NCBI GenBank assembly: GCA_040285745.1
Contig: JAUFOR010000001.1
Coordinates: forward strand, 1,116,001 to 1,180,000
DNA length: 64,000 bases
Source of the DNA: Barthelona sp. PCE
Taxonomy: Eukaryota
Direction: 5' to 3'
The notes beneath the pieces were generated by a model that was given only the letters and a program-made list of their open reading frames with translations, did not search any database and was not told the DNA's origin. Of this stretch, positions 54,019-64,000 are shown piece after piece. Within the stretch, counting starts at the first letter, position 1, and the number at the start of each line of letters is the position of its first letter. A program made the position numbers and the translations under genes.

Positions 54019-55935
54019 TTATTCACTGATGCCATAATTAAACGCCAGGAGCTGCTGCAACTGTTGCGCAACACATGGAAGAATGGGTTTTGTAGCCTCA
54101 ATAATGATGAATAGTTCATCTATACTACCATTCTTCATTACAAATTCAAAATACCGATAGACAAAGGGCGCCTGTGCTTTAATGTCGATGCGCGACACAA
54201 GGGCTGAGAACAAATTAATCAAATCATCTGTCTCATAATGATTCTTCAATTCATCAAATCTTCTTTTTTCTCTTGAAAATACTGATCCTGTGACCCTAAT
54301 AGAAGGCGTGGCAGCTCGTATGGGCGTCACAGCAAGGACAGGCTGTTCAATTCCGTTCTTTTGAAATCGATCATATGCTCTTGCTGCTTCCCACCTCATT
54401 TTTGTGGGTAAGGCATCCCATACGTCCATATCAAAGCCTTTAGGACGCACAGCGACGCGCTGCCTCTTACTTTCAAGTCGAAATGTTGACATACTTTTTA
54501 CCTTATGAGCACTTCTCTTTTTTTTCTGGGTGATGATAATATCATCATCATCTTCTTCTTTTTTAATATCTTCTTTAACTGGTGGTGCAACACTCTCGCC
54601 AGGTGAAAGAGGACGTAAGAAATTATCAAGGGTATTACGTGTGTATAATATACTTCTTTTTGAGAACTCTCGTCCTTGTAGTTTCCCAAGTGTAATACTC
54701 ACACCCCTTAAATCATTAACATCAAATAGATCATCACTTTTTCTACATAAATCTAATGTTATATCCTTAATATCATCACCAGTAGTAATATTCTTATGCT
54801 GTCTAATAGGATAAACTCTACCCATACCCATATATTTAGCTGGATCCTTATTAGCATCTGGCTGCCTGACATGGAAAGCCAACGTAAGATGCTGAGGACT
54901 CTGTTTTCTTGTTCGTAATCTCTGTAAAACCTCATCTGTAAGTTTTGATACAAAATCAATTTTTGATTGGTTGTCTGTGAAACGTACACCCCAATTCAAA
55001 TTAACGCTAATTGACTTTCCAAATCGATGCCCACCAAGCATCAATCCTTTTGTAGATCTACCATTTGCTAATTCTAATATTGAGGTTCCTCTTTGTGAAC
55101 CCAGCCTCCTTTTTAAAATATGGATGGAACCCTGTGATAAAGCTCGAATTGTGGTGATTCCCATACCTTTGAGGACACGTTCCATTGCTGGACCGACGCC
55201 AGGAAGTACTCTAACATCACTTTTTGAGGTTATTGTTCGGAATTGACGTTGATTTGGTATTACAAAAACACCTTCCTTACTATTGTCAGGCTTTGCGTAT
55301 TTTGTAGCAATGCGTGCTGTATCGATGGCGTACGAGCACCCAACAGAGCATTGTATTCCTGCAATCTCAAACACACGATGTCGAATACGTTTCAGTACTT
55401 GGGTAATTTCTTCTTCCCCAACTAAATCCGTGATATCAAGAAACGCCTCATCACAGGATACAGGCTCTATGTACTTTGTAAAATGCAATAATGCATCATA
55501 AAACAAAGCACTTATTGTTTTGTACTGATCGAAATCATAAGGCAACAAAACCAAATTAGGACATTTTTCATAAGCAGCACGAACCCACATACCACTCTTT
55601 AATCCATATGATCTGGCTATGTAGTTGCATGTTGAGATATCACTAGCACCTGATGAAGTTACTGAAGTTGCATATGAAATGGCAACAGGTTTATCAACTA
55701 AGTCAGGTCGGTTTAGTAAAGAAGCAGATACAAAGAAGCAGTCGAGATCAACGTGGGCGAATAAACGGGCCTTTGGGGAACGACGTAGTGACTCGTTATA
55801 CATGGAGTCTATCTTCAAATTTTCTATCAATCCTGCAACCTTGTCTATTGCTGCGTTTTTCATCTCAGAAAGCATGTGGAGCCGTGAGGACTGGAAATAC
55901 GACTGCACAAAATCGTTATCAGAACATTTTATCAT
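54019..55935 (-). CDS. REV1: Y-family polymerase Rev1 (no BRCT visible)
   Basis: SRLH N-digit, HVDLDCFFVS, YIARSYG, SCDEA, PAKYMGMG, UBM-like DMDVWDALP. Confidence 0.9.
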   Translation of the reverse strand: MIKCSDNDFVQSYFQSSRLHMLSEMKNAAIDKVAGLIENLKIDSMYNESLRRSPKARLFAHVDLDCFFVSASLLNRPDLVDKPVAISYATSVTSSGASDISTCNYIARSYGLKSGMWVRAAYEKCPNLVLLPYDFDQYKTISALFYDALLHFTKYIEPVSCDEAFLDITDLVGEEEITQVLKRIRHRVFEIAGIQCSVGCSYAIDTARIATKYAKPDNSKEGVFVIPNQRQFRTITSKSDVRVLPGVGPAMERVLKGMGITTIRALSQGSIHILKRRLGSQRGTSILELANGRSTKGLMLGGHRFGKSISVNLNWGVRFTDNQSKIDFVSKLTDEVLQRLRTRKQSPQHLTLAFHVRQPDANKDPAKYMGMGRVYPIRQHKNITTGDDIKDITLDLCRKSDDLFDVNDLRGVSITLGKLQGREFSKRSILYTRNTLDNFLRPLSPGESVAPPVKEDIKKEEDDDDIIITQKKKRSAHKVKSMSTFRLESKRQRVAVRPKGFDMDVWDALPTKMRWEAARAYDRFQKNGIEQPVLAVTPIRAATPSIRVTGSVFSREKRRFDELKNHYETDDLINLFSALVSRIDIKAQAPFVYRYFEFVMKNGSIDELFIIIEATKPILPCVAQQLQQLLAFNYGISE

Positions 55936-56200
55936 CTAAACGTGATGTTGAAAAAAAAAAGGGGAAATAGTTTCAATTGAGAACAAAAATATGTGGTGTG
56001 CGAGAGTCCTATGTAATAATTGGCCCTTTAGATAGTGAAATCTCACTGAAAAAGGTGGATAAGGAAAAACGAAATGAATTTTCGAAACATTGTTTATTCA
56101 GCTTCTTCTGTGTATTGGGGGGGGGGGGGGACATTCGCCCATCATTGGTGGAATTTATATCAATAGTTTAGATGAAAGTATTGTTCCACAAAAAACAGTT

Positions 56201-58308
56201 CTATTCAATGTGATCATGGGGCATATGGTATTCAGTGATGGACGCCTCAGCCAGAAACGATGGAACATGGAACGTCTCAATCTCAGGATTCATCGATTCA
56301 GGGTCTTCATCAACATTGTAAGTCGATAAAACCATCGTCTTTGTTTCTTTTTCATAAACTACGGACTGCACAACGTTGTTGGGTAGATTTAAATTGTTGT
56401 TTTCGTCATAAATTGGTGGTAATATGGTATTAGTGAAAAATCGCGTTTTGATGATACCATCAAGTACGGTAACTCTATAAACACCTTCATTAACTCTAAA
56501 GTGTGTGTCTCCCAAAAAATGTTTAAAACAATTACCTTCAATCATATCATCACAACGTGTGCGCTTGTAAAGCAAAACTGGTTCTGAGAATCTACCAGTT
56601 GACCAATCTAAACAGTACAAATTCTCTGCCTCTAGTTCTTCATTACATGTCCGTACAACAAAAAGGTGGTGATCTATCTCTACTAATGGACGAGGATTGA
56701 AGAAAACATCTGAAACATTTTCAATATTGAAAATGTAGTGCTTTTCAATCTTCACGTTATGTTCATTTATCATAAACTGGAAAAAATGTATTGACTGTGT
56801 ACATAAAATGCACACATAGTTGTCAATCATCGAACAAAAAGAACTGTTAAAATACAAGTTTGGAGGACTTTCCAAAATCATTGTATCACCTAGAAAAGCA
56901 AAATATCTTTCATGATTGCTATAGTCAACACAATACGGCAACCCTAGGATAAAATTTTGATAAAAGTAGCTGCCATGTGGAAATCTCGTAATAATTGGTG
57001 TTAAATCTGGACCCTCCCAATGAATTTTCACAAGTTGTTTTCCTTCTCCCCTTATATTTTCCTCTGCTATTACATAAAAATTATCTTCTTTAGTTATGTA
57101 AACTGAACGTTCTCGATAATAAACTGGATAATCAAAATTTTCTCTTAAATTATGAATTGAGATAATTTTTTTTCCTTTTAAATTAAAAAAATAACGTCTG
57201 CTCTGATGATCATCAAGATAGTTAGCTATCCCATTGTAAAAAACCTTTCTGGGAAAAAGATCATGCACACGCATCACTTCAAGATCATTAGTTCTGAACT
57301 TAACAGGACCATAACGCTTTGTCTGTTTGCAAACACCATAAAAAACACACTCTTCATCGTGAAAATCTTGTGAAAAGTCAATATGCCTGTAATGACTACA
57401 GGATATTCTATTACACTCCATAGATCCTGAAGATTTAAAAATTTCACCTTTTTCAATATGTACAGCAACATAAACTGAGCCATCACTGAAAATAATAGAC
57501 AAAACATCTTTTGTTAGTGTCAATAAAGTAAAACTATATAAATAACTTAAACTAATCTCTTTAATTTGTGGAAATTTTTCCACTAAATCAATACGTTTTC
57601 TTTGACGATCAAACATAAATATATGGTCTATTCCAGTAGCAGATGAATCAAAACATACACAATCAGCATTTAAACATTTTAAAAAAGTAAAGTGGTTCAT
57701 ACCATGATTTGATAATAGTGCTATATCAGGTCGATAGGCTTCATTCATGTCATTCACAGAGAAATTGTATTGGTATAATGTAAATTGTTCATCAGGGACA
57801 GTCAACATAATGTAGTTTGAAAAGGCTTGGAAATGACCGTATTCTCCAAGACATCTGTACTTTTCAGTCATTATGTTAAAGATGTAGCACTGTGTCGATT
57901 GCCCGTCCATGTGGTCGTTATCGATATCAGTAATTGCAAAGAAAAGGTGTTTTTGATCTAATGGTAAAATAACATCTTTGTATAAATATCGTTCAAAATT
58001 GTCAAGTTCAAAAGGAAAAGGAACTATTGTGCTTGTGTGTTCGTCACTGCTGATTTCTTCGAATGATAGGATCTCAAGCTCGGATAAAATATTATTTTCG
58101 TTGTGAATACGTCGAATGAAAATATAACCTTGCACGTGTCTTCCACATATCCAACAAAATCCTTTCCTTCTATGGCGCTTTGAACAAGATTGTCAATAAT
58201 TTCCTGATTTGAACTGAGCATTCGAACACCTTGCCCCTCAAAAATTATTCTGCCCTCTGGGTTAGACTCGATGATCAGGTCATCTTCAAATTTTCTAATA
58301 CGAGGCAT
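56201..58308 (-). pseudogene. Paralog of 11095-13212 with a frame break near 58136 (frameshifting deletion or atypical intron)
   Basis: The N-terminus (MPRIRKFEDD...YVEDT) and the body (QGYIFIRR...) are in different frames; roughly a dozen codons of the paralog are missing at the break. Confidence 0.7.
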
Positions 58309-58631
58309 ATGAAATTAAACAAAACCGATGCTATCTGTGCTTGAATGAGGTGAAAAATTGAATATCATCTATTCAGTAAGATTCTGGTCATATTTGCGTG
58401 TTAGACTTTTGCGTAATCGTTCTGACATGCTGAATGAGCGCTTACATGGCTTTTGTTTGAGAAGTATTTGTTTTCAGTTTCATATCCCTTTCATCGTTTG
58501 TTTATGGGCAGTTATGGTTGTTGATTCGTGTCATATGGGCAGTTATGCCTCCGTGTGATGTGCATCTTTGGTATATGCGACGTTACAGGGGCTATTTTTT
58601 TTGTTTGAATAGATATTTTTTTCATTTACTA

Positions 58632-60977
58632 TCACATTTCATCAAGGATACCCGCAGCCCACTCGATAATTATATCTCGATACTTAAGAGCAAACGATAC
58701 TGTCAATAATCGACGTTTTTCATGATTACGTTTCATAATTTCTATTAGAGTATTAACTACTGAATCATTTAATCTAACATGACTGAATTGGTTTGGATCA
58801 AATTGGATGGCAATTAGTAACAAAAAGCGTGAGAATAGTATACTATATGCACAAAAATGTTCTATCCAGTTTTTTCTTGCTGTAATTAATTGCTGACAAA
58901 CAGGAAGCTTTCTGAAAGGCGTTATTTCCAAACCTAGAAGACCATAATACGTGATTGTGACAGCATTGAGTGTCTCTGCGATGGAGGGTAAGATCTTGAT
59001 ATCAAAAAATGTTGATGCATCAAAAGAAAGTAAATTATTAACGTTCATTCCATTTATATGATCGCATAATTCATATAAATAATGCTCTTTGAGTGCAAGA
59101 CACAGCTTGTCACGGTGGAATATCTTCTTTAACTTGAAGTACGGACCAAATAAAAATAGCATTACCATTTTGGCAATGGTATCCTTGTCATTACATAGAT
59201 GTTCAAGTGTCATTGCTTGCGGATATTGTGTGGCGAGATCTAGTTCTACAGCAAACGTGTCTAGGTCATAGATATATGTAACATATCTACGTTGGTAAGA
59301 TTCATCATCATGAAACATTTTGCTCTGGAATTGATTTTCTGTCAGTGTGATGAACTCGTGTCCAAATAAATGGCTGCGTACATTTTGAATCAAAGTAACG
59401 GAGGAGGGGAGTTTAGCAAATGGAATGCGAATGCTTGGAAACTGAGTTTGTGCTTCAGATTTAGAAACGTGAATTGTCATTGTTGAGACTGAACTGACTG
59501 CTGTGTTTGGTGATGATGTGAGTTGTTCATTTGTTTCGATTATTTCGACTTCCAGTTTGGAAAAGGGATCATTTGAAGTCTTGTTCAATTGACAATAATC
59601 ATCCCATTTCGTTTCAGATATCCTAATGGGACGATCATTCAATTTTTTTGAAGGTCTCAGATGAGGACGAAAAAGACATTTTCTATAAAAATGATCAACA
59701 ATACATCTCATCAAATCATCACCTAAATAGTTTTTTAGTGATGTTAAAACGTCATTGGTAGAAATAAAGTCGGGAACTTTATACTCAAATTCATCAGGAA
59801 AAATCGATAAAAAAAGGTCGGCTATTCCTTTCATTTTTGAAATAGAAACATTATCATGACTTTTGATCAACAAGTGACCAATAAGGTGCGAATAGTCATC
59901 AGGAATATCCAAAAATTTAACATCTTCAAAAAAACGTTCAAAATCATCAAAAAGAGGCAATTTCAATCCTTGCACAAACATAGCATAACAATATTTTGCT
60001 GCTAAAAGGAGATCTGGACGCAATTCCTTTCCAATTGATTTATAAAGGAAACTACCAAAAAAAAGAAACCCTAAAAAGTCAAAATCTTCAAAATCTGAGA
60101 CTTTTAACAGTTGTTTAGTAAGACAATTGGAATGAATACCCAAGAATAAACGTTGGTAATGAGTGTAATATTGAGGATAATGTTTGGGAAACCAATTAAA
60201 GTTAAGAAAAGCTGAATTATTCACAATATCAAGCTTACCTTTCAAATTGTGAAAAATTCTTTCTATTAACCATTGGCGTATTCTTTTTTCTCGATTAGGG
60301 ATCATAAAACAACAGTTCTTTAGATGATTGATTGTATTAACATCGGCAATTTTTGAATAATGTAATATACTACTATTACAGTTAGGTAGGACTTCTAAAG
60401 TATTGATAAGTAGATCAACATTAATAGGAAACGGGAGGCGCTTGTAGTCATTGCATATTCTACCAATGATTTTCCAATAATAATAACTCAAGGAAGGTGA
60501 ATTATTGAGCAAAAATAATGTTTCCATGTTATAATAAGTTGAGAAAAAGTCTATTGATTCATCGTCATAGTTTGGATCACTTTCAAGCTGCAATAGTATA
60601 TGATAAGCATTCATAAGTAATCTCCGCAAATCTGATATTTTGATTAACGATAGTTGAACGATACTGACAGTAACACACAGTGTAACTATGCTTGTGATAC
60701 AATGAGCGTGTTCATATTTTAACATATTCATCAAGAACTGTTTTTCGAACTGTTCTTCAAAAACTGTTTTTTCTTTTTTATACTCACGTAATACTGCACC
60801 AAATTTTTTGAACAGTTCTTTGACCGATTCATCTGGATATATAGCAACTAACAATGATATTAGAGTGCGTTGGGCACCATTATGTGCTGTATACCATTTT
60901 TTTATGCTTAAGGCTTTTCTGTTTTTTTTAGAAATATGAGTCGCTTTTTTACCTTTATACCTCTTTTTCTTACCCAT
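58632..60977 (-). CDS. Hypothetical protein (781 aa) with a basic N-terminus
   Basis: Long ATG-initiated ORF; no recognised motif. Confidence 0.75.
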   Translation of the reverse strand: MGKKKRYKGKKATHISKKNRKALSIKKWYTAHNGAQRTLISLLVAIYPDESVKELFKKFGAVLREYKKEKTVFEEQFEKQFLMNMLKYEHAHCITSIVTLCVTVSIVQLSLIKISDLRRLLMNAYHILLQLESDPNYDDESIDFFSTYYNMETLFLLNNSPSLSYYYWKIIGRICNDYKRLPFPINVDLLINTLEVLPNCNSSILHYSKIADVNTINHLKNCCFMIPNREKRIRQWLIERIFHNLKGKLDIVNNSAFLNFNWFPKHYPQYYTHYQRLFLGIHSNCLTKQLLKVSDFEDFDFLGFLFFGSFLYKSIGKELRPDLLLAAKYCYAMFVQGLKLPLFDDFERFFEDVKFLDIPDDYSHLIGHLLIKSHDNVSISKMKGIADLFLSIFPDEFEYKVPDFISTNDVLTSLKNYLGDDLMRCIVDHFYRKCLFRPHLRPSKKLNDRPIRISETKWDDYCQLNKTSNDPFSKLEVEIIETNEQLTSSPNTAVSSVSTMTIHVSKSEAQTQFPSIRIPFAKLPSSVTLIQNVRSHLFGHEFITLTENQFQSKMFHDDESYQRRYVTYIYDLDTFAVELDLATQYPQAMTLEHLCNDKDTIAKMVMLFLFGPYFKLKKIFHRDKLCLALKEHYLYELCDHINGMNVNNLLSFDASTFFDIKILPSIAETLNAVTITYYGLLGLEITPFRKLPVCQQLITARKNWIEHFCAYSILFSRFLLLIAIQFDPNQFSHVRLNDSVVNTLIEIMKRNHEKRRLLTVSFALKYRDIIIEWAAGILDEM

Positions 60978-61552
60978 TTAATGGTTTTAAAAAGTATACT
61001 TTAAATGAAAGAGTAAAAAAATTCTTTATCATGCATTTGGTTCTTTCTTTTTATACTTGATGCAATTAAGAGCATATAAAACCGTTCTTTCATCATTGAA
61101 ATGTTTAAATAATCGCATTTAATGAGTTGGATGATGTGAGCTGATACTTTTTTTACGCAGGTTACCATTTTTTTCTTTTTTCTTTAATAACTAGGCACTG
61201 AACACATGTAGTAACTGTAAGACATCTTTTTCTTTTGGATAAAACAGCAAGTGTAATCCTGAGAAAACAATTTTCCGTATGTTCTCAGTATAAGAAGTTA
61301 TGCTATAACAATTGACAGTATACCGGACAATAATTAGTAGTATCGTCATTTTGGAAGCCTATTTTGACGGTGAGGCTGTAGTTTGTTGAAATTGAGAGTT
61401 TAACTGTGTTGAACAATTTCCATGTTTAATTCGTTCGGGTCAACACTATTATCCCCCGTGAAGCACGGAACGCTTTTCATGGAACCTAGAACTTTGAAGT
61501 TTTAAATAACTTTCATTATTTGCTTTAAAACCTCATTCATTCTACATTTTTA

Positions 61553-62785
61553 ATGAGTACAGAAACAGAACCAGTCGTCGTTACACTCGAAGTCAACCTC
61601 GATGAGACTGATAATATTCCAGAAATTGAAGAAAAAAACCAAAAGCCAGTTGAAACACCCGAACCGGTTGAGCAAAAGCAAGAAGCGGTCGAAGAAATGG
61701 AGCCCGTCAAGGTCCAGCCATTAGATCAGCCAAAAGAGCCAAAAGAAACACACAAACATTCTCCCAGCATTAAGGGAGTTAATATTGCATCATATGCCTT
61801 TGTCATGGGCCTCCAGGGTCTCGGCCTCGTGTACAAGAAGACTCATGAGCATTGGGAATGGAGTGAAGTCATTCCTGACATTATTATGTATGTTGCTCTT
61901 GCTTTTGCAGCTCTCTTTTCCGTCTTATACATTATCAAAATCTTCAAGGAGCCTGCAGAGGTAAAGAAAGAATGGAATCATCCAATTCGACGAAACTTTT
62001 TTGCTGCTGTTCCAATTGTAATTATGTTGTTTTCTCTTTTGTTCAATGATAAGAGCTATGACGCTGCTGTGATTCTTGGTTTAGTCGGAATTACTTTACA
62101 GATCTTGTTTACTTTATATCTTCTTGGTGTCTGGATCCAGGATGATCGTATGTCAGTTGATCGTTGCTCCACCATCCTATTCCTGCCTGTTGTAGCTGTT
62201 TTGTTAGGTGGTCTTGTATTTGCAAAATTGCCAAATTTCCATTTTCATAAGGAAATTATGTACTTCTGTTTAGGTGTAGGAACAATGCTTTGGATCAAAT
62301 TGAACGTTAACTTCTTCCAAAGATCAATTTACGGTAAAAAATGGTTACAAGGTAAATTCGCCTTTGCCAACTATATTTTATTAGCTCCCACTGCAATTAT
62401 GGCTGTCACAATTGAAATCATCAGCAAGCGTAACGGAGGAACCACCGCATCACCTTTGGCTATTGCTTTATGGGGTTGTTCTCTCTTTTATCTTTTATTC
62501 AATTTACGTTTATTACCTCTTTTCTTTAAAGTTGGTGCTTTTAACAAATATGCAATCTCTATGAATGCTGTTATTTTCCCTAATGCTGCATTAACTGTAA
62601 GTACTTTTATGGTTGAATATTCACTTAATATTGGTGGTTTATTGCTAGGTTTGGTTATTTTCCTTACTGTTGTTACTACTGTTGTGTTCATTGCAACAAT
62701 AATTAACATGTTTAAGGGTGAGTTCTTCGCTGAGGTACTTCCCAAGAAGAAACCTGCAGCCAAACCTGTTTGTTGTGATGTTTAA
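61553..62785 (+). CDS. TDT family (SLAC1/TehA-like) anion channel/transporter
   Basis: YAFVMGLQGL, EVKKEWNHPIRRNFF, VIFPNAAL, about 10 TM segments. Confidence 0.88.
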   Translation: MSTETEPVVVTLEVNLDETDNIPEIEEKNQKPVETPEPVEQKQEAVEEMEPVKVQPLDQPKEPKETHKHSPSIKGVNIASYAFVMGLQGLGLVYKKTHEHWEWSEVIPDIIMYVALAFAALFSVLYIIKIFKEPAEVKKEWNHPIRRNFFAAVPIVIMLFSLLFNDKSYDAAVILGLVGITLQILFTLYLLGVWIQDDRMSVDRCSTILFLPVVAVLLGGLVFAKLPNFHFHKEIMYFCLGVGTMLWIKLNVNFFQRSIYGKKWLQGKFAFANYILLAPTAIMAVTIEIISKRNGGTTASPLAIALWGCSLFYLLFNLRLLPLFFKVGAFNKYAISMNAVIFPNAALTVSTFMVEYSLNIGGLLLGLVIFLTVVTTVVFIATIINMFKGEFFAEVLPKKKPAAKPVCCDV

Positions 62786-63025
62786 GCAGTTATTCATGTA
62801 ATATTAGCTCAGGGAAACACTCGTTGAGTCTAACTCAGTTCAGTCTGGGTAAATCGCACTAGTAAATAGCCAAGCTTTGATCATATCTATACAATCAAAC
62901 CTTATCTAAATCCCATCGCGTTGAAATAGTCAATATTTATTACTTCAATATTGGAACCAATCTTTTCATCCTTTAGTTGTTTGCACTGAGCATAATCAAA
63001 GATAAAATATAATTTGTTTTACTAC

Positions 63026-64000
63026 TTAATAAACATCATCAAAAACGATACGACCACCATCACTAACAGCACAAAGCTTTAACGACATAGTACCAACCAT
63101 CAACTCTTCAGGGATACGCTCACCAGGGGCAATATACCGAACACAAACAGCTGCAGTGTCAATCTTAAACAGTGCACCAGCCAATGTCTTCAGATCGTCA
63201 ACAGTCATTGTATCAGGTAACTTCTTTGTAACAGAAGTCATGTCACCAGTTACAGAGTTGTTTTGGAGACCTAATTCAATAATAGTACGTTGAGAAGTAG
63301 CTGCTTTAGTGGCAACATGATCACGGTTAATATCGTGCTTCTTACTGAGACGTTCGAGAGCTTCTCTCTTATAATCCTCAATTTGATCATCATCAAGCTC
63401 AAACGAGCGAACAACAAATAAAACTTCTGCATCTCTACGTTCATTACGAAGAATTTCTCCACCATTGAACTTACGCAGATAAGGCATGAGGGCGACAAGG
63501 AAAGATCTATCCTGTCTGTTTTTGATAAGAGGACAATCAACAACCTTTAATTCAGAAAGACTTTCCCTCATAGCAACTACAGACTCCCAATCGTCAAAAG
63601 CCGTTTGACTTAATAGTAAGAGACGCACCTTTGGGAGGGCCGTGGGGTCAAGGGTTGTGATTGCAGGGTTGTTATCCAGATAAAGAATGTCCAATTTAGG
63701 GAAAAAATGAAGGAAATCTAGAGCAGGAGATGTGAGCTCATTCTTTGAGAGAACAAGCATCGTCATGTTATGTGTCTCTGTTACAGTGAGGTTCTGCAGC
63801 TTTAAGTCAGCTATGTATAAAGAACGAAGAGAGGTAAAAGATTTAATCACCCATTCAATATCAGAACCGGTAGCAGAACTGCTGTTGAATACAAGGGATG
63901 TTATTGTACTGTTGGTAAAAGTCTCATCCACAAAATCTGAGGGTGAATCTGTGAATTGACAGTGCGCACAATAAATTTCACGTAAACCAGGCAAATTCTT
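63026..64000 (-). CDS. TBCE: Tubulin-folding cofactor E-like (LRR plus C-terminal ubiquitin-like domain), 3' part
   Basis: LRRs, NGGEILRNERRDAE, KKLPDTMTVDDLK; the frame is open to the window end. Confidence 0.8.
   Translation of the reverse strand, partial: KNLPGLREIYCAHCQFTDSPSDFVDETFTNSTITSLVFNSSSATGSDIEWVIKSFTSLRSLYIADLKLQNLTVTETHNMTMLVLSKNELTSPALDFLHFFPKLDILYLDNNPAITTLDPTALPKVRLLLLSQTAFDDWESVVAMRESLSELKVVDCPLIKNRQDRSFLVALMPYLRKFNGGEILRNERRDAEVLFVVRSFELDDDQIEDYKREALERLSKKHDINRDHVATKAATSQRTIIELGLQNNSVTGDMTSVTKKLPDTMTVDDLKTLAGALFKIDTAAVCVRYIAPGERIPEELMVGTMSLKLCAVSDGGRIVFDDVY

Noticed and set aside
56117-56130. 14-nt poly-G run
   Set aside because: Isolated intergenic homopolymer of unreliable length, with no supporting context.

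Overview
Gene-dense, AT-rich eukaryotic (protist-like) DNA with about 30 mostly intronless genes, including Hsp70, a USP, FKBP-TPR, PKD2, CDKL, SRP72, Vps36, Rev1 and TBCE. The few spliceosomal introns have the branch-point A fixed at -8 from the 3' splice site, as in metamonads. The main discovery is a ~13 kb island between an intron-containing tRNA-Tyr (14120-14201) and a tRNA-Asp (27610-27681). It holds a ~9.2 kb element encoding a spliced ~1270 aa DDE transposase (D/D/CxxH/E) and paralogous unknown cargo ORFs. Two 1.59 kb non-autonomous derivatives and a truncated fourth copy follow head-to-tail. Every unit begins with the first 23 nt of the tRNA-Tyr gene, and the junctions are short palindromes whose arms covary. 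This suggests a tRNA-targeting DNA transposon (Dada-like) that restores the tRNA 5' end. All family calls come from motif recognition by eye; no searches were run.
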